Part shown: positions 42,281 to 53,057 of the stretch, piece by piece
Layout: the number at the start of each line of letters is the position of its first letter
Position numbering within the stretch: the first letter of the stretch is position 1
NCBI GenBank assembly: GCA_040222015.1
Contig: JAVJWO010000090.1
Coordinates: forward strand, 1 to 61,995
Direction of reading: 5' to 3'
DNA: 61,995 bases
DNA from: Coleofasciculus chthonoplastes F2-STO-03
Lineage (GTDB): Bacteria; Cyanobacteriota; Cyanobacteriia; Cyanobacteriales; Coleofasciculaceae
Notes under the pieces: model-generated
Database searches by the model: none
Told to the model about the DNA's origin: nothing
The model's input: the letters and a program-made list of their open reading frames with translations, nothing else
Made by a program: the position numbers and the translations under genes

Positions 42281-43447
42281 CTAACCATTTTGACCCAGAA
42301 GAATTTCATCAATCGCTTGCTTTTCTTCGGGATCTTGGGATGGAAGTGTCTGGCGGGTATCCGTAATCAGCCAATCGAGGGCAGCCGCTTGCACGTCAAT
42401 TGTTGCACCCGTCTTATCCACGCAGTAGCGTCCAAAGACCAGCTTATCGACCAACCGAACGCCTGCACCCAAGCGGGAATATTCAAAAATAACGCTGTTA
42501 TCAACCGTTGCGCCTTTACAGATCCAGCAATTCGGACCAATCATCGATGGACCAATAATTTTTGCACCATCTTCAATATGGGTCATGCCGCCAATGTAAA
42601 CCGGTCCGGTGATATCCACTTTGTCCCAATTGACCGCTACATTTAATCCGGTGTAAACACCGGGAGCCACTTGCTTACCGGGAATCGAGACATTTTTAAT
42701 GTCTCCCGTCAACACACCCCGAACCGCATGCCAATAGTCGGGAACTTTGCCAATATCCACCCACTGGAAATCCATTGATACGGCATAAAAGGGCGCATCC
42801 ATTTCCACTAATTGGGGAAATAAATCGCCGCCGATGTCATATTCCTGACCAGATGGAATATAATCTAAGACTTCGGGTTCAAAAATATAAATGCCCGTAT
42901 TGATATTGGTGCTGAGAGCTTCTTCTACCGAGGGTTTTTCCTGGAAAGTTTTAATCCGACCGCTTTCGTCAGTCACCACCACACCGTAGCTAGAGACTCG
43001 CTCTCGCGGCACGGGTTTGGTCACAATTGTAGCCACAGAACCTTTTTCTTTATGCCACTTGACAGCAGCAGACAGATCGAGATCAATGAGAGCATCCCCA
43101 CAAAGGACAACAAAGGTGTCGTCAAAAAAGGGATAAAAGTCTTGGATCTTACGCATGCCACCTGCAGAACCCAAGGCTTCTCCTACCAGTTGACCATCGA
43201 TAATTCGACCTTCAAATGAATAGGTAATTTCGACACCAAATCGTTGACCGTCCCGGAAGTAGCCTTCAATTTCATGAGCTAAGTGAGAGACGTTAACCAC
43301 AACTTGGTCAAAACCATGCTGCCTTAGAAGTTCTAATAAAAACTCCATTACAGGTTTTTGCAGGATGGGAATCAATGGTTTGGGAATGGTATAGGTAATG
43401 GGGCGAACCCGAGTCCCCTTACCGGCTGCCAGAATCATGGCTTTCAT
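42281..43447 (-). CDS. cugP: NDP-sugar pyrophosphorylase, cyanobacterial CugP type
   Basis: MKAMILAAGKGTRVRPIT..IPKP, FQEKP, C-terminal hexapeptide repeats. Confidence 0.8.
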   Translation of the reverse strand: MKAMILAAGKGTRVRPITYTIPKPLIPILQKPVMEFLLELLRQHGFDQVVVNVSHLAHEIEGYFRDGQRFGVEITYSFEGRIIDGQLVGEALGSAGGMRKIQDFYPFFDDTFVVLCGDALIDLDLSAAVKWHKEKGSVATIVTKPVPRERVSSYGVVVTDESGRIKTFQEKPSVEEALSTNINTGIYIFEPEVLDYIPSGQEYDIGGDLFPQLVEMDAPFYAVSMDFQWVDIGKVPDYWHAVRGVLTGDIKNVSIPGKQVAPGVYTGLNVAVNWDKVDITGPVYIGGMTHIEDGAKIIGPSMIGPNCWICKGATVDNSVIFEYSRLGAGVRLVDKLVFGRYCVDKTGATIDVQAAALDWLITDTRQTLPSQDPEEKQAIDEILLGQNG

Positions 43448-43834
43448 AAAATTATCTTCCTCAAGCTATGCCACAAATGTTCAAGTTGGTCAATTGAGTC
43501 TGATGCTCAGTGGTTGCCCTTCCTTAAGGACGTTGAACCGTTGTCAAGACTCATCCTATATACCGGGAAAAATGACAGAGATCAGGTGACAAAGGGGTAG
43601 GTTCACAAAAGTTTGAGTGACTACCGATACCTAATCAATCACTATGCACCACTGACCTGGGTCAGTACGTAGGAGGCTACATACCGTATACATGAGTATC
43701 TGAATGCTCTTGCCTGAAGCCAGGAGGCAAAACGGCAAGATGCGGTTCGTTCGACTGGTATTGGTGCATTCTGTCAAGTGTTGAGCAGCCGATTAAGCTG
43801 CCAATCGGAATCCCAGATAACACCCCTGATTGAT

Positions 43835-44641
43835 TTACCCCAGCGTCCGGATTTTTAAGTCTTGGTAGAATTCCTCTTGGGATAATTCCACCTTAGACTG
43901 AGCCGATAACAGGAGCAGCGCCCAAAACACACCGACTCGATCGCTGACTAGGGGTTTAGTGGTATCAACAGCCCTTGGGCGATTGTCATTCGTCGATACT
44001 GTTGGTGATACCGTCCACCACTCTAGCAATTGCTCTAGATTCAGCCAATCTTTTCCGGCAGCTATTTTATGCCAATGACCGGAAATAAACTGTTCTAGGC
44101 GTTTAGCAATGTCGGTGAGATTTTCATCGTGAGCCAGTTGGGTGATAGCTTGTGCCGCTTGTCCTCGTGATAGAGATTGTCGGCGGGTGGAACGAATGGG
44201 TGTGGGGGTGGCTTCGAGTTGATCTGCCATTTGCTGCAATTGCTCAATCAACTCGTTTAGGGTGACGGGGCGTTTTTTGGGCGGGGGTGCAGCCGTGCGA
44301 CGACGGATATGGCGTTCCAAATATAAGGGTAAGCGCGGTTCACTCGTGGGTTCGATTTCCGCTTCGGTATCGCTGAATTCGGGTTCTTCGGGTTCCTCTA
44401 AACGTTGTAGCGTGTCGGCTTTGAGTAAGACAAGCATTGACGCCCATAAAAAAGCTTGTCCGGATTGGGACAAATCGGTGTCATGGGGACTTATTTGGGC
44501 ATCATTCCCCCAAGGAAGACTACTGAGATAGCGATCAATCACTTCAATCACCTGAACATCCCAGGGATCGATTTCTCCGCGTTGGGCTAGGTCAATTAAT
44601 AGCGCGATCGCGTCGGTAGCAGGTGTTTGTCTCATCAGCAA
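43835..44641 (-). CDS. scpA: Segregation/condensation protein A
   Basis: LIDLAQRGEIDPWDVQVIEVID, V..FWALLLLSAQSKVELSQEEFY. Confidence 0.88.
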   Translation of the reverse strand: MLMRQTPATDAIALLIDLAQRGEIDPWDVQVIEVIDRYLSSLPWGNDAQISPHDTDLSQSGQAFLWASMLVLLKADTLQRLEEPEEPEFSDTEAEIEPTSEPRLPLYLERHIRRRTAAPPPKKRPVTLNELIEQLQQMADQLEATPTPIRSTRRQSLSRGQAAQAITQLAHDENLTDIAKRLEQFISGHWHKIAAGKDWLNLEQLLEWWTVSPTVSTNDNRPRAVDTTKPLVSDRVGVFWALLLLSAQSKVELSQEEFYQDLKIRTLG

Positions 44642-44665
44642 TCTTCAGATAGACACAAGGGAGAT

Positions 44666-44736
44666 GGGGGAGCAGGGGGAGCAGGGGGAGCAGGGGAAGC
44701 AGGGGGAGCAGGGGAAGCAGGGGAAGCAGGGGGAGC
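44666..44736. repeat. G-rich 9-mer tandem repeat (GGGG(G/A)AGCA)
   Basis: About 8 units; the same family as 42089 on the opposite strand. Confidence 0.9.
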
Positions 44737-44835
44737 TGCGGAAGTTAACTCACGCACCATGCCCTCGAACCATGTCCTCAAACGAAATGAAGGAGAAGTG
44801 AAGGGTTAACACTCTCACATTGCCCCAAAATTCAT

Positions 44836-45204
44836 TCACCCTTGCTCAACGATGGTACCTTCTGTTACCGTTTCAGATGCCGATAGTGCGGGTAATTGGT
44901 GTTCTTCGACTTCTGCCTTATAGCGTTCCATGTCTTGCTCTAATTCTTCAATACGTTCCTCTTTCGCTCGGATCTGACGAGCGGCTTTCCACGACTCTAG
45001 CTGTCGCTGTAGCTGCGCCCAAACACTAAAAAGCCATGCCAATACAGAACCTAGTCCCATGGCTATAATCAGTTCTAGGGCTAGAGGAGCCTCAACATCA
45101 ATGCCTTCAATAATTTGAATCGACGTGGGCTGCGTGTTTTGCAAGCTAAACAAAACCAACGCTAAACACACAGCAAATATGAGCAGAAAGTTTAGTTGTC
45201 GCAT
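44836..45204 (-). CDS. LapA-family (DUF1049) membrane protein
   Basis: Two TM helices with FSLQN motif followed by a coiled coil. Confidence 0.8.
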   Translation of the reverse strand: MRQLNFLLIFAVCLALVLFSLQNTQPTSIQIIEGIDVEAPLALELIIAMGLGSVLAWLFSVWAQLQRQLESWKAARQIRAKEERIEELEQDMERYKAEVEEHQLPALSASETVTEGTIVEQG

Positions 45205-45287
45205 TAGTTTAATCCTCTAGTTTAAAGTTTCTTGACAATTTTAGCAAGAGACGTCAAAACCTTTTGTCTGGAGCAAAAATTGAGAAA

Positions 45288-45932
45288 ATGAGTAAAAGCA
45301 TCGCCGATTTGCGGCAAGAGTACAGCCTACAACGGTTAAATAAAACAAATGCTCATCCCCATCCATTCGAGCAATTTACCTTATGGTTTGACCAAGCGGT
45401 AGCCGCGAAGTTGCCAGAACCCAATGCGATGACTCTGGCGACGGCAACACCCGATGGGAAACCGTCGGCGCGAATGGTACTGCTTAAAGGATACGATGAG
45501 CGGGGGTTTGTTTTCTATACCAACTACAAAAGTCACAAGGGACAACAGGTATTGGCAAATCCTTGGGGCGCGATCGCGTTTTGGTGGACTCAGCTAGAAC
45601 GACAAGTGCGGATTGAGGGACAGATTGAACAGGTGTCGGCTGAGGAGTCAGATGCTTATTTTCATAGCCGTCCCCAAGACTCTCAACTGGGGGCTTGGGC
45701 ATCTGAGCAAAGTCAGGTGATTGACAGCCGCGAGGTACTGGAGCAACGATTGCAACAGCTTAAAAAAGAGTATAAGAATAAAACCATACCACGTCCACCT
45801 CACTGGGGAGGATTTCGATTAATTCCTGTCGCCATTGAGTTTTGGCAGGGGCGTCCAAGTCGGTTACATGATCGGTTGCTCTATCAACGTACAGAAGATG
45901 GTATCTGGATGATACAACGTTTATCTCCGTAG
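45288..45932 (+). CDS. pdxH: Pyridoxamine 5'-phosphate oxidase
   Basis: [33 protein letters not shown]. Confidence 0.97.
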   Translation: MSKSIADLRQEYSLQRLNKTNAHPHPFEQFTLWFDQAVAAKLPEPNAMTLATATPDGKPSARMVLLKGYDERGFVFYTNYKSHKGQQVLANPWGAIAFWWTQLERQVRIEGQIEQVSAEESDAYFHSRPQDSQLGAWASEQSQVIDSREVLEQRLQQLKKEYKNKTIPRPPHWGGFRLIPVAIEFWQGRPSRLHDRLLYQRTEDGIWMIQRLSP

Positions 45933-46183
45933 AGTCATTCGTCATTCGTCATTCGTCATACTCAAGGGAGTGATTAGCCGGTTCTTTCATTTACAAATCG
46001 TTAAAATCATCTCATCATTCATCAACCATTGCCGATCGCCAAAATCAAGGTTATCTTGGAAAAGCTATGACACCAGAACTTGATGTTGATTTTTTCAGCA
46101 TCAATACGAATACTAATTGTTAAAAGTAAACCAGTGGGGTGCATCATTAGATTAACTTTATTCCCCTTTGGTAGAAAATAGAA

Positions 46184-47464
46184 ATGTTGAGAGCAAAAGT
46201 TGGTCAAACACTGACTTTACTATTGAGCTTACCAATACTTTTAGCCGCTTGTAGTCCGGCTCAAAATGAGTCTGCTCAAAGCAATACCGTGACCATTATG
46301 GGAGTTGGTACAGGCAAGGGTGAGGAGGAACTAAAAAAAGCCCTAGCACCATTTACTGAAGAAACCGGAATTAAGGTTGTTTACGAAGGCACGAGTGAGT
46401 TCGCCACTCTATTACCCGTGCGGGTTGATTCAGGTAATGCGCCGGATATCGCCATGTTTCCCCAACCGGGTTTGATGGCTGACTTTGCCCGTGAAGGAAA
46501 GCTGGTGGCGATTGATTCTTTTATGGATATGACGCAGCTATCTGATGCTTATACTCAGGATTGGTTGAATCTAGCTAGCGTTGATGACCAAATATATGGT
46601 ATCTGGTATCGGGCATTTGTCAAAAGCTTAGTTTGGTACAACCCAACCGCCTTTACAGCCAAGGGCTATGAAGTTCCGACAACATGGGATGAAATGATCG
46701 CATTGTCAGACAAAATTGTAGCCGATGGTGGTGTTCCTTGGTGTATCGGTATGGAAAATGGTAGTGCTACAGGTTGGGTGGGGACAGATTGGGTAGAAGA
46801 TATCATGCTGCATAAAGCTGGGGCAGAGGTTTATGATCAGTGGATTACTCATGAAATCCCCTTCAATCATCCCACTGTTGAGGCAGCTTTTGAAAAATTT
46901 GGCACAATTGCCCTTAACCCTAAATATGTTCTTGGGGGTACAACGGGTGTACTAAGTACCCCATTTGGAGACTCACCGAAGGGTCTTTTTGAACAATCAC
47001 CCAGTTGCTATATGCATCATCAGGGTAGCTTTATTACAGCGTTTTTTCCGGATAATGTGGTGATGGGTAAAGATGTTGATGTTTTTCCCTTTCCCACTAT
47101 TAATCAAGACATTGATGCTCCTGTATTGGTCTCAGGAGAAATCGTTGCCATGTTTAACGATACTCCAGAGGCACAAAAGTTAATGGAATATTTAGCAACA
47201 TCAAAGCCTCATGAAATCTTGGCAGGTATTGGTGGTTATCTCTCTCCGCATCAACAAGTGAGTTTAGAGGCATATCCGGATGAGGTAACGAAACGACAAG
47301 TTGAGATTTTATCTAATGCAAAAGTTGTGCGCTTTGACGGTTCAGATATGATGCCAGGAGCAGTGGGAACGGGTACGTTTTGGACAGGTATTGTAGATTA
47401 TGTGGGTGGAGAAGAGGTGGATAGTGTTTTGAATAGGATTGAGGAGAGTTGGTCAGATAGATAA
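46184..47464 (+). CDS. Sugar (alpha-glucoside-type) ABC transporter substrate-binding lipoprotein
   Basis: Lipobox LAAC; PDIAMFPQPG, KSLVWYNP, ATGWVGTDWVED, RFDGSDMMPGAVG. Confidence 0.88.
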   Translation: MLRAKVGQTLTLLLSLPILLAACSPAQNESAQSNTVTIMGVGTGKGEEELKKALAPFTEETGIKVVYEGTSEFATLLPVRVDSGNAPDIAMFPQPGLMADFAREGKLVAIDSFMDMTQLSDAYTQDWLNLASVDDQIYGIWYRAFVKSLVWYNPTAFTAKGYEVPTTWDEMIALSDKIVADGGVPWCIGMENGSATGWVGTDWVEDIMLHKAGAEVYDQWITHEIPFNHPTVEAAFEKFGTIALNPKYVLGGTTGVLSTPFGDSPKGLFEQSPSCYMHHQGSFITAFFPDNVVMGKDVDVFPFPTINQDIDAPVLVSGEIVAMFNDTPEAQKLMEYLATSKPHEILAGIGGYLSPHQQVSLEAYPDEVTKRQVEILSNAKVVRFDGSDMMPGAVGTGTFWTGIVDYVGGEEVDSVLNRIEESWSDR

Positions 47465-47470
47465 TCTAAG

Positions 47471-47589
47471 TAAGTAGGGACAATATAAGTTAACGGTAAA
47501 CATCTTCATTCGCCATACTCGCTCCCTTGAAAAGCCAGCTACGTCTTATGTAAAAGTTTGAATTTGGTTTATTTCCGTCAACCTACTTA
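47471..47589. mobile_element. MITE-like element with TAAGTAGG..CCTACTTA ends
   Basis: Same inverted ends as 6749-6820. Confidence 0.5.
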
Positions 47590-47591
47590 AT

Positions 47592-48236
47592 TCAGTTTTC
47601 GTTCTGCTGTCTCACCCAAGCACGAAAAACTTTCATCGTTTGATTTCGCCCCTCAATTTTACTCCGTTCTAAATAGTCTGGGAGTGCTTCACCCAAGGAA
47701 AACCCCGGGAAATGAGGACTTTCGCTCACCTGGATGTATTCACCGTCTTGCAGCACGTTGATTTCTAATTTCCTCCCGTTAAACCGCCACAGTTCCCCTA
47801 CTCCTAATGCTTCGTAGTTATTAAATCGAGTGCGGGAGGTAAGATCAATTTCCAGGGCTAAATCGGGCGGCGGATCTACGCTTAAATCGATGCGTTTTTT
47901 CCCACGCACGGCTGCTTCGTTTTCAATATAGAAGCAATCATCCGCTTCTATCCCTTGTTGCATGGTTTCACTTTTAAAGGTTGTTGAACCCAAGCTTCTA
48001 AATTCTATGTCTAGTTCTTCCAGGAGTACCTTGACAAAGTCGGCAATCATTACTTTATCATCTTCATGTTCGGGTAAAGGTACCATGATTTCTAATAATC
48101 CTTGACTGTAATTAATCCGCGAACCCCTTTGTTCACCGAACTCCTCTAGCAGTTGTTTATACATTTGCCAAGTGACATCGATCATCAGAAGTTGTTGACC
48201 GGGGGGAAGGATTATTTGCTTGAGTTGGACTTGCAT
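47592..48236 (-). CDS. Uma2 family endonuclease
   Basis: VTWQMY..L, EADDCFYI, PPPDLALEIDLTS. Confidence 0.9.
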   Translation of the reverse strand: MQVQLKQIILPPGQQLLMIDVTWQMYKQLLEEFGEQRGSRINYSQGLLEIMVPLPEHEDDKVMIADFVKVLLEELDIEFRSLGSTTFKSETMQQGIEADDCFYIENEAAVRGKKRIDLSVDPPPDLALEIDLTSRTRFNNYEALGVGELWRFNGRKLEINVLQDGEYIQVSESPHFPGFSLGEALPDYLERSKIEGRNQTMKVFRAWVRQQNEN

Positions 48237-48389
48237 GGTTTTCTCCGGTAGAGTTTGCGATCGCGGGTTGGGGATTTGCCGCTTTCCCTTGCCGATTGCC
48301 GCCTACAGTACATCGGGTGGCGCGATCGCTCTTGGCTTTTTTCGGGGCGTGGGATGCTCCCTGGAAAAAAATGAGACACGAACAAACAG

Positions 48390-48690
48390 CTGCACCTGCA
48401 GCCGTCCAACGAATCACCAGTTCTGGATTTGCCCACTTCTGCTTATCGTCACTGGCTGACTGTTCAAAACCGCCAATATCTTGCCCGCTGATGGCTAAGG
48501 CGTGCATACCCAGAGACAGAACTTGAGAGATATTCATCTGGAAGAAATCCCAGTCAGAGGAGTTATCCCCTGTCCACAAGCCAGCATATCGGTGAGAACC
48601 CACATAACTGCCCCGTCCAATGATAAAGTTGCGCTTATTCTCCCGTCCAGGTAGGTTATTCAGTCCTTCGTAGGTGGCTTTGTGCAGATT
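48390..48690 (-). pseudogene. Internal fragment of a GH31 glycoside hydrolase
   Basis: LHKATYEGL..RNFIIGRGSYVGSHRYAGLWTGDNSSDW..GQDIGGF..PELVIRW; both termini missing. Confidence 0.8.
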
Positions 48691-49010
48691 ATTAGATTAC
48701 TTTAACCTACTCGACTTTCAACCAGAATGGTTGCTGTCTAGTTATTAGATATATATATATCACATCAAGGTAGCAATAACTAAGGTTTAAGAAAAATTTA
48801 AAATTTTTCAGTAGACAACCCCTCAAGAAATAGGCATATATCAAAGATGATTAATAAAGTCAATGATCAGCGCACCACATTGGGCAAGATCCTGAATAAT
48901 TACAGCATTGTCAGACTTAATGTAATGCACGTACCAACCTAAGGCGAGACATTGTAAAAAGGTGTTAGGTGTTAGATCTTAGGCGTTAAACTATTAGGTG
49001 CTAGCCTAAA

Positions 49011-49101
49011 TAGGACTTACGCAAAGCCTCTATGTGTAGGGTGTGTTAGCGAAGCGTAACGCACCTTTGCCCCCATCTGTGGTGTAACTGCGTAAGTCCT
49101 G
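49011..49101. mobile_element. MITE with 5-bp target-site duplication and internal REP-like hairpin
   Basis: AGGACTTACGCA..TGCGTAAGTCCT perfect inverted ends, flanked by CTAAA direct repeats (49006-10, 49102-06). Confidence 0.8.
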
Positions 49102-49141
49102 CTAAAACTAATTTCCGATCAGAAAACTGCCATAAATCACC

Positions 49142-49933
49142 ATGGTTCACCTTCCAACTCAATCAGATCCACCCCTTTCACCTCGGCAAACCTTACCGAC
49201 GATGTATGATTTACCGAGTGATAACCCGGAGGAACCTGGATTGCCAGACGAGTTTCATTTTTTCCAACCCTTATTGTTGCTTCTGACGTTTCAACCAGCT
49301 AACTGGAATCTGGAGTTGGTATTTTCTGCTTGTGATTTGAATCTTTACTATAGTGTTACCCATCCTCAGTGGTACAAACGTCCAGATTGGTTTGGTGTGG
49401 TAGGTGTACCTCGGTTGTATGAAGGGCGGGATTTACGATTAAGTTACGTGATTTGGCAAGAAGAGGTGAGTCCATTTGTCGTTGTGGAATTATTATCGCC
49501 CGGTACACAAGAGGAAGATTTTGGGAACACGGTACAAACACCAGGAAATCCGCCAACAAAGTGGCAAGTTTACGAGCAGATTTTGCGGATTCCTTACTCA
49601 ATTGTGTTTAGTCGTTATACCAATGAAGTGCAGGGGTTTCATTTAGTCGGGGGTCATTATGAACCGATGAATCTGATTGATAATCGGTTATTGATGCCGG
49701 AATTAGAGTTAAGTTTAGGATTATGGCAGGGGAGTTTTCGGGGAATTAATCGTCTGTGGTTGCGGTGGATGACGATTGAGGGTGAGTTAATTTTAACGCC
49801 AGAGGAAGACGCTGTTGAGGCAAGAGAACAGGCTGTTGAGGCACAGGAACAGGCAGCGGCGGAACAGGAAAGAGCAGAACGATTGGCGGCAAGATTGCGA
49901 GAGTTAGGGGTTGATCCCGATGAGTTGGAATAG
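49142..49933 (+). CDS. Uma2 family endonuclease with coiled-coil tail
   Basis: LPTMYDLPSDNPEEPGLPDEFH, RPDWFGV, VVELLSPGT. Confidence 0.9.
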   Translation: MVHLPTQSDPPLSPRQTLPTMYDLPSDNPEEPGLPDEFHFFQPLLLLLTFQPANWNLELVFSACDLNLYYSVTHPQWYKRPDWFGVVGVPRLYEGRDLRLSYVIWQEEVSPFVVVELLSPGTQEEDFGNTVQTPGNPPTKWQVYEQILRIPYSIVFSRYTNEVQGFHLVGGHYEPMNLIDNRLLMPELELSLGLWQGSFRGINRLWLRWMTIEGELILTPEEDAVEAREQAVEAQEQAAAEQERAERLAARLRELGVDPDELE

Positions 49934-49975
49934 CTGTATAAAATGGATTCATTTGACCTAGTTATATCTGATCAC

Positions 49976-50602
49976 CTAAATTTGCCGTAGATAACGGGGG
50001 TGAGCGGGTGTTCCCCAACACACCTGTTGAGCCGGAATATTACTAAAAACACTACTGCGGGTGCCAATAACGGCATTCGCTCCAATTTGGACACCAGGAG
50101 CAATAAAGCAATCCGTCGCAATCCAAACTCCATTCCCAACACTAATTCCCGCCGTTTTTAGACTAAAAGCCGCATCTTGAATATCATGACTTCCGGTGCA
50201 AAGATAGCTTTTTTGAGAAATCACACAATGACATCCGATGTGAATCTGCTCTAAGCTGTACAACACCACATTATCCCCAATCCAGCTATAGTCCCCAATT
50301 TCTACCTTCCAAGGATAGGTAAAGCGAGCAGTTGGACGGATGAGTACGCCTCGACCAATTTTTGCACCAAATAACCTCAGGATAAAGCAGCGAAAGCCAT
50401 TAAAATTATGTGGACTTATCGGAAAAGCAATAGCTTGCACCAACCACCAGAGTAAAATGAACCAGCTTGGACGCCCCCGGTCAAAATTGGACTGGTCATA
50501 CTTTCGCAAATCAACTAACGGGGTGTCATCCAAACTAGGAGGTTCGGTGAAATCTGGAACGTTGGTGTCTAAGTCTCGGCTCATAGATAAGCTGTTCGGC
50601 AT
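49976..50602 (-). CDS. WcaF-family polysaccharide acetyltransferase
   Basis: LRLFGAKIG..V.IRP, YPWKVEIGDYSWIGD, LCTGSHD, hexapeptide repeats. Confidence 0.9.
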   Translation of the reverse strand: MPNSLSMSRDLDTNVPDFTEPPSLDDTPLVDLRKYDQSNFDRGRPSWFILLWWLVQAIAFPISPHNFNGFRCFILRLFGAKIGRGVLIRPTARFTYPWKVEIGDYSWIGDNVVLYSLEQIHIGCHCVISQKSYLCTGSHDIQDAAFSLKTAGISVGNGVWIATDCFIAPGVQIGANAVIGTRSSVFSNIPAQQVCWGTPAHPRYLRQI

Positions 50603-50796
50603 TTAAACCTTAATATCAATAATGGGTCTCATCCTTGTATAATAATTGAAAATTGCTATATGCAATTATATTTTTTAGCACATTGGCTAATCAATTATTA
50701 TTTTTTCCTTGTCAAATCAAGAAGATTCCCTGTTTCCTTTTGTACTCTTTCCTTTGACCAAATCTTAATCAGTAATTTGAACCATGTAACAGCCGA

Positions 50797-51753
50797 TTAG
50801 GAATTGGGAGAAACCACAGAAGTAGCCGGAGATTTCGCAGATGATACGGTTGATGTTTCCGCCTCTGGATTGAGATGACCGCCAAATTTGCGTAATTCGT
50901 AGAGTTTGACACCAATTTGATATTCGTATTGACTCAACAAGCGTCCGTAAATATAACCTGCTTTACCATCCAGAAAGCCAAATCGGATAAAGTAAAAGAT
51001 AATAAATCGCAAGGTTGGTTTAAAGGGTAGCCACACCCAAACCTTTCTCAAAAAACGCTTGCGCTGTACCGCATCTCCCAATAAATTAGCACCAATCGTA
51101 CCGGATTCATCATGACCCGTAAGCATATTAAGGTAGACACGGGCTTCCCAGTTGGAATAGCGATTGTGTCGTGCCAGCCAGTGGTAGATATCTCGGAAGT
51201 CGATATGATCCATGTCCGCTTTGAGATAACCGACTAAACCTTGCAGGATAACGTGTTCGTGAACTTCATTATCTCCTGTATTGGGAATTCCTTCAGTTCC
51301 CAGATTTTCATAGCGACCTTTTTGATGTTTAAACAAGCGCAGATTCCAGTCTGGATATTTTCCGCCGTGGCGAATCCACTTGCCTAAGAAATAAACGCGG
51401 CGATTGATATAGTACCCTTCATAGTTGGGATTTTTAATCGCCGTAGCAATTTCATCCCACAGCGCTGGGGGAATGCGTTCATCGCAATCCACAATCAGCA
51501 CCCATTCATTACGAAAGGGCAGATTTTCTAAACTCCAGTTTTTCTTTTTGGGCCAATGTCCATTGAAATAAAATTGCACGATTTTTGCCCCCACTTTTTC
51601 GGCAATTTCGATAGAGCGATCGCTACTTTGGGAATCCACGACAAATATTTCATCAGCTCTAGCCACACTAGCCAGACAAGCCGGAAGGTTAGCTTCTTCG
51701 TTTTTTGCCGGAATTAGAACAGAAACGGGAACTGTAGAATTAAGAAGAGTCAT
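50797..51753 (-). CDS. Glycosyltransferase family 2
   Basis: SVLIPAKNEE, VVDSQSSD, IVDCDE, VHEH. Confidence 0.92.
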   Translation of the reverse strand: MTLLNSTVPVSVLIPAKNEEANLPACLASVARADEIFVVDSQSSDRSIEIAEKVGAKIVQFYFNGHWPKKKNWSLENLPFRNEWVLIVDCDERIPPALWDEIATAIKNPNYEGYYINRRVYFLGKWIRHGGKYPDWNLRLFKHQKGRYENLGTEGIPNTGDNEVHEHVILQGLVGYLKADMDHIDFRDIYHWLARHNRYSNWEARVYLNMLTGHDESGTIGANLLGDAVQRKRFLRKVWVWLPFKPTLRFIIFYFIRFGFLDGKAGYIYGRLLSQYEYQIGVKLYELRKFGGHLNPEAETSTVSSAKSPATSVVSPNS

Positions 51754-52245
51754 ACTTTAAAAAGATTTAATCGATGAGAACGGGAACGGTTTACTTGTAT
51801 TTTGAACGCTGATAATGAATACGATTCAAAACGTGTTCGAGTTGGGGCAGGCGGAACTGTGATCAATAGCGCAAATCGTAGCATTCCCTCGATTCTGTGA
51901 TAGGAGCATGAGATTTTGTCACCTTGACCATACCATTCCAGCTTACTAAACGAACCTTTGGCTAGATGCTCAGATTCATAGTTTAGCGTTTTGAGCGTTT
52001 TTATTCTGGTGGGATAGGCTACAGTGCCATTCTCAATTAAAGAATTTGAACGGGATAAGGGATGGGAAACAGCCACATATAGCACTACGAGGTACGGAAA
52101 GGATATCAGTTAGTCCAAGAGGGAACTGCTTAACAGGGAACAGTCAAGAGTGTCCTAACCTGTCTTAGTACCGCTATAAGTGCTATTACGTTCCATCAAT
52201 GTTATAACTTCCTAACTCACTGACCTGCCAACTTTCAGTTGAAGG

Positions 52246-52980
52246 TTAGTCGTTACCCAGATGAGCGTGCAATACCGCTAGGGTTTCTGCAAGCTGACTG
52301 AGGCGCGTTTCCAGATCATTTTTGCGACTCAGTAGTTGTCGTAGCTTCTGATACCGTGCGATCGCTAAACTGACACTAGGGACTTGATCCGCAGGACAGA
52401 TACGCACCCAAAACTGACCATCTGCATCTAATCCACAAAGGCGATAACCTGCACGGGGGGATTCACAGGTGACATTCCCATCGCCATCCGATTGATTCCA
52501 CGATTGGGTTACGTAGTCCATGAGTCGATCCACCTCAGCACGGCGTACTCCTGAGTGATCCGCTTCCGGTTGACGGGCATGAGATTCTAACCAACCCTCA
52601 ACAATCGGTCCATCCATATAAATATCTTGAATTTGGCGGACTATAGTATGCAGTTGTTTCTGCCAACCAGAGACAATCTCTTCAATTTCTTTGAGCAGGT
52701 TCATTGCCAAGGCGGGATTGGCACTATGGCGATGTTCACTGAAGCTAGCCGATTTGAGTTTCGGCAGTGTTGGGGTTTTATCTTGCTGCTTTTGAGCCGG
52801 GAATGGCGTCACACTAATCGAGAATGAAGGTTCTTTCCCTTTGGCGGAGTCGCTAGACTGATCCCCAGTTGAGTCCACTGGGGACGCCACAGCCGTGGAT
52901 GGGGTTGAGTCATCCTGGGCTAATTGAGATAGAGTGCTTTCGATCCGTTGCAGTTCTGGTTTCATCGTTTCTGATGTCAC
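52246..52980 (-). CDS. Conserved cyanobacterial hypothetical protein
   Basis: 244 aa; GPIVEGWLES and YRLCGLD..G..W..CP motifs, coiled coils. Confidence 0.7.
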   Translation of the reverse strand: MTSETMKPELQRIESTLSQLAQDDSTPSTAVASPVDSTGDQSSDSAKGKEPSFSISVTPFPAQKQQDKTPTLPKLKSASFSEHRHSANPALAMNLLKEIEEIVSGWQKQLHTIVRQIQDIYMDGPIVEGWLESHARQPEADHSGVRRAEVDRLMDYVTQSWNQSDGDGNVTCESPRAGYRLCGLDADGQFWVRICPADQVPSVSLAIARYQKLRQLLSRKNDLETRLSQLAETLAVLHAHLGND

Positions 52981-53057
52981 TGGGCAAAAATCACGCTTCT
53001 TGCAGCAGATGAAGTCCCTAGGGTTTAGTTTTGGGACATTGCCACCTACCTATTCAA

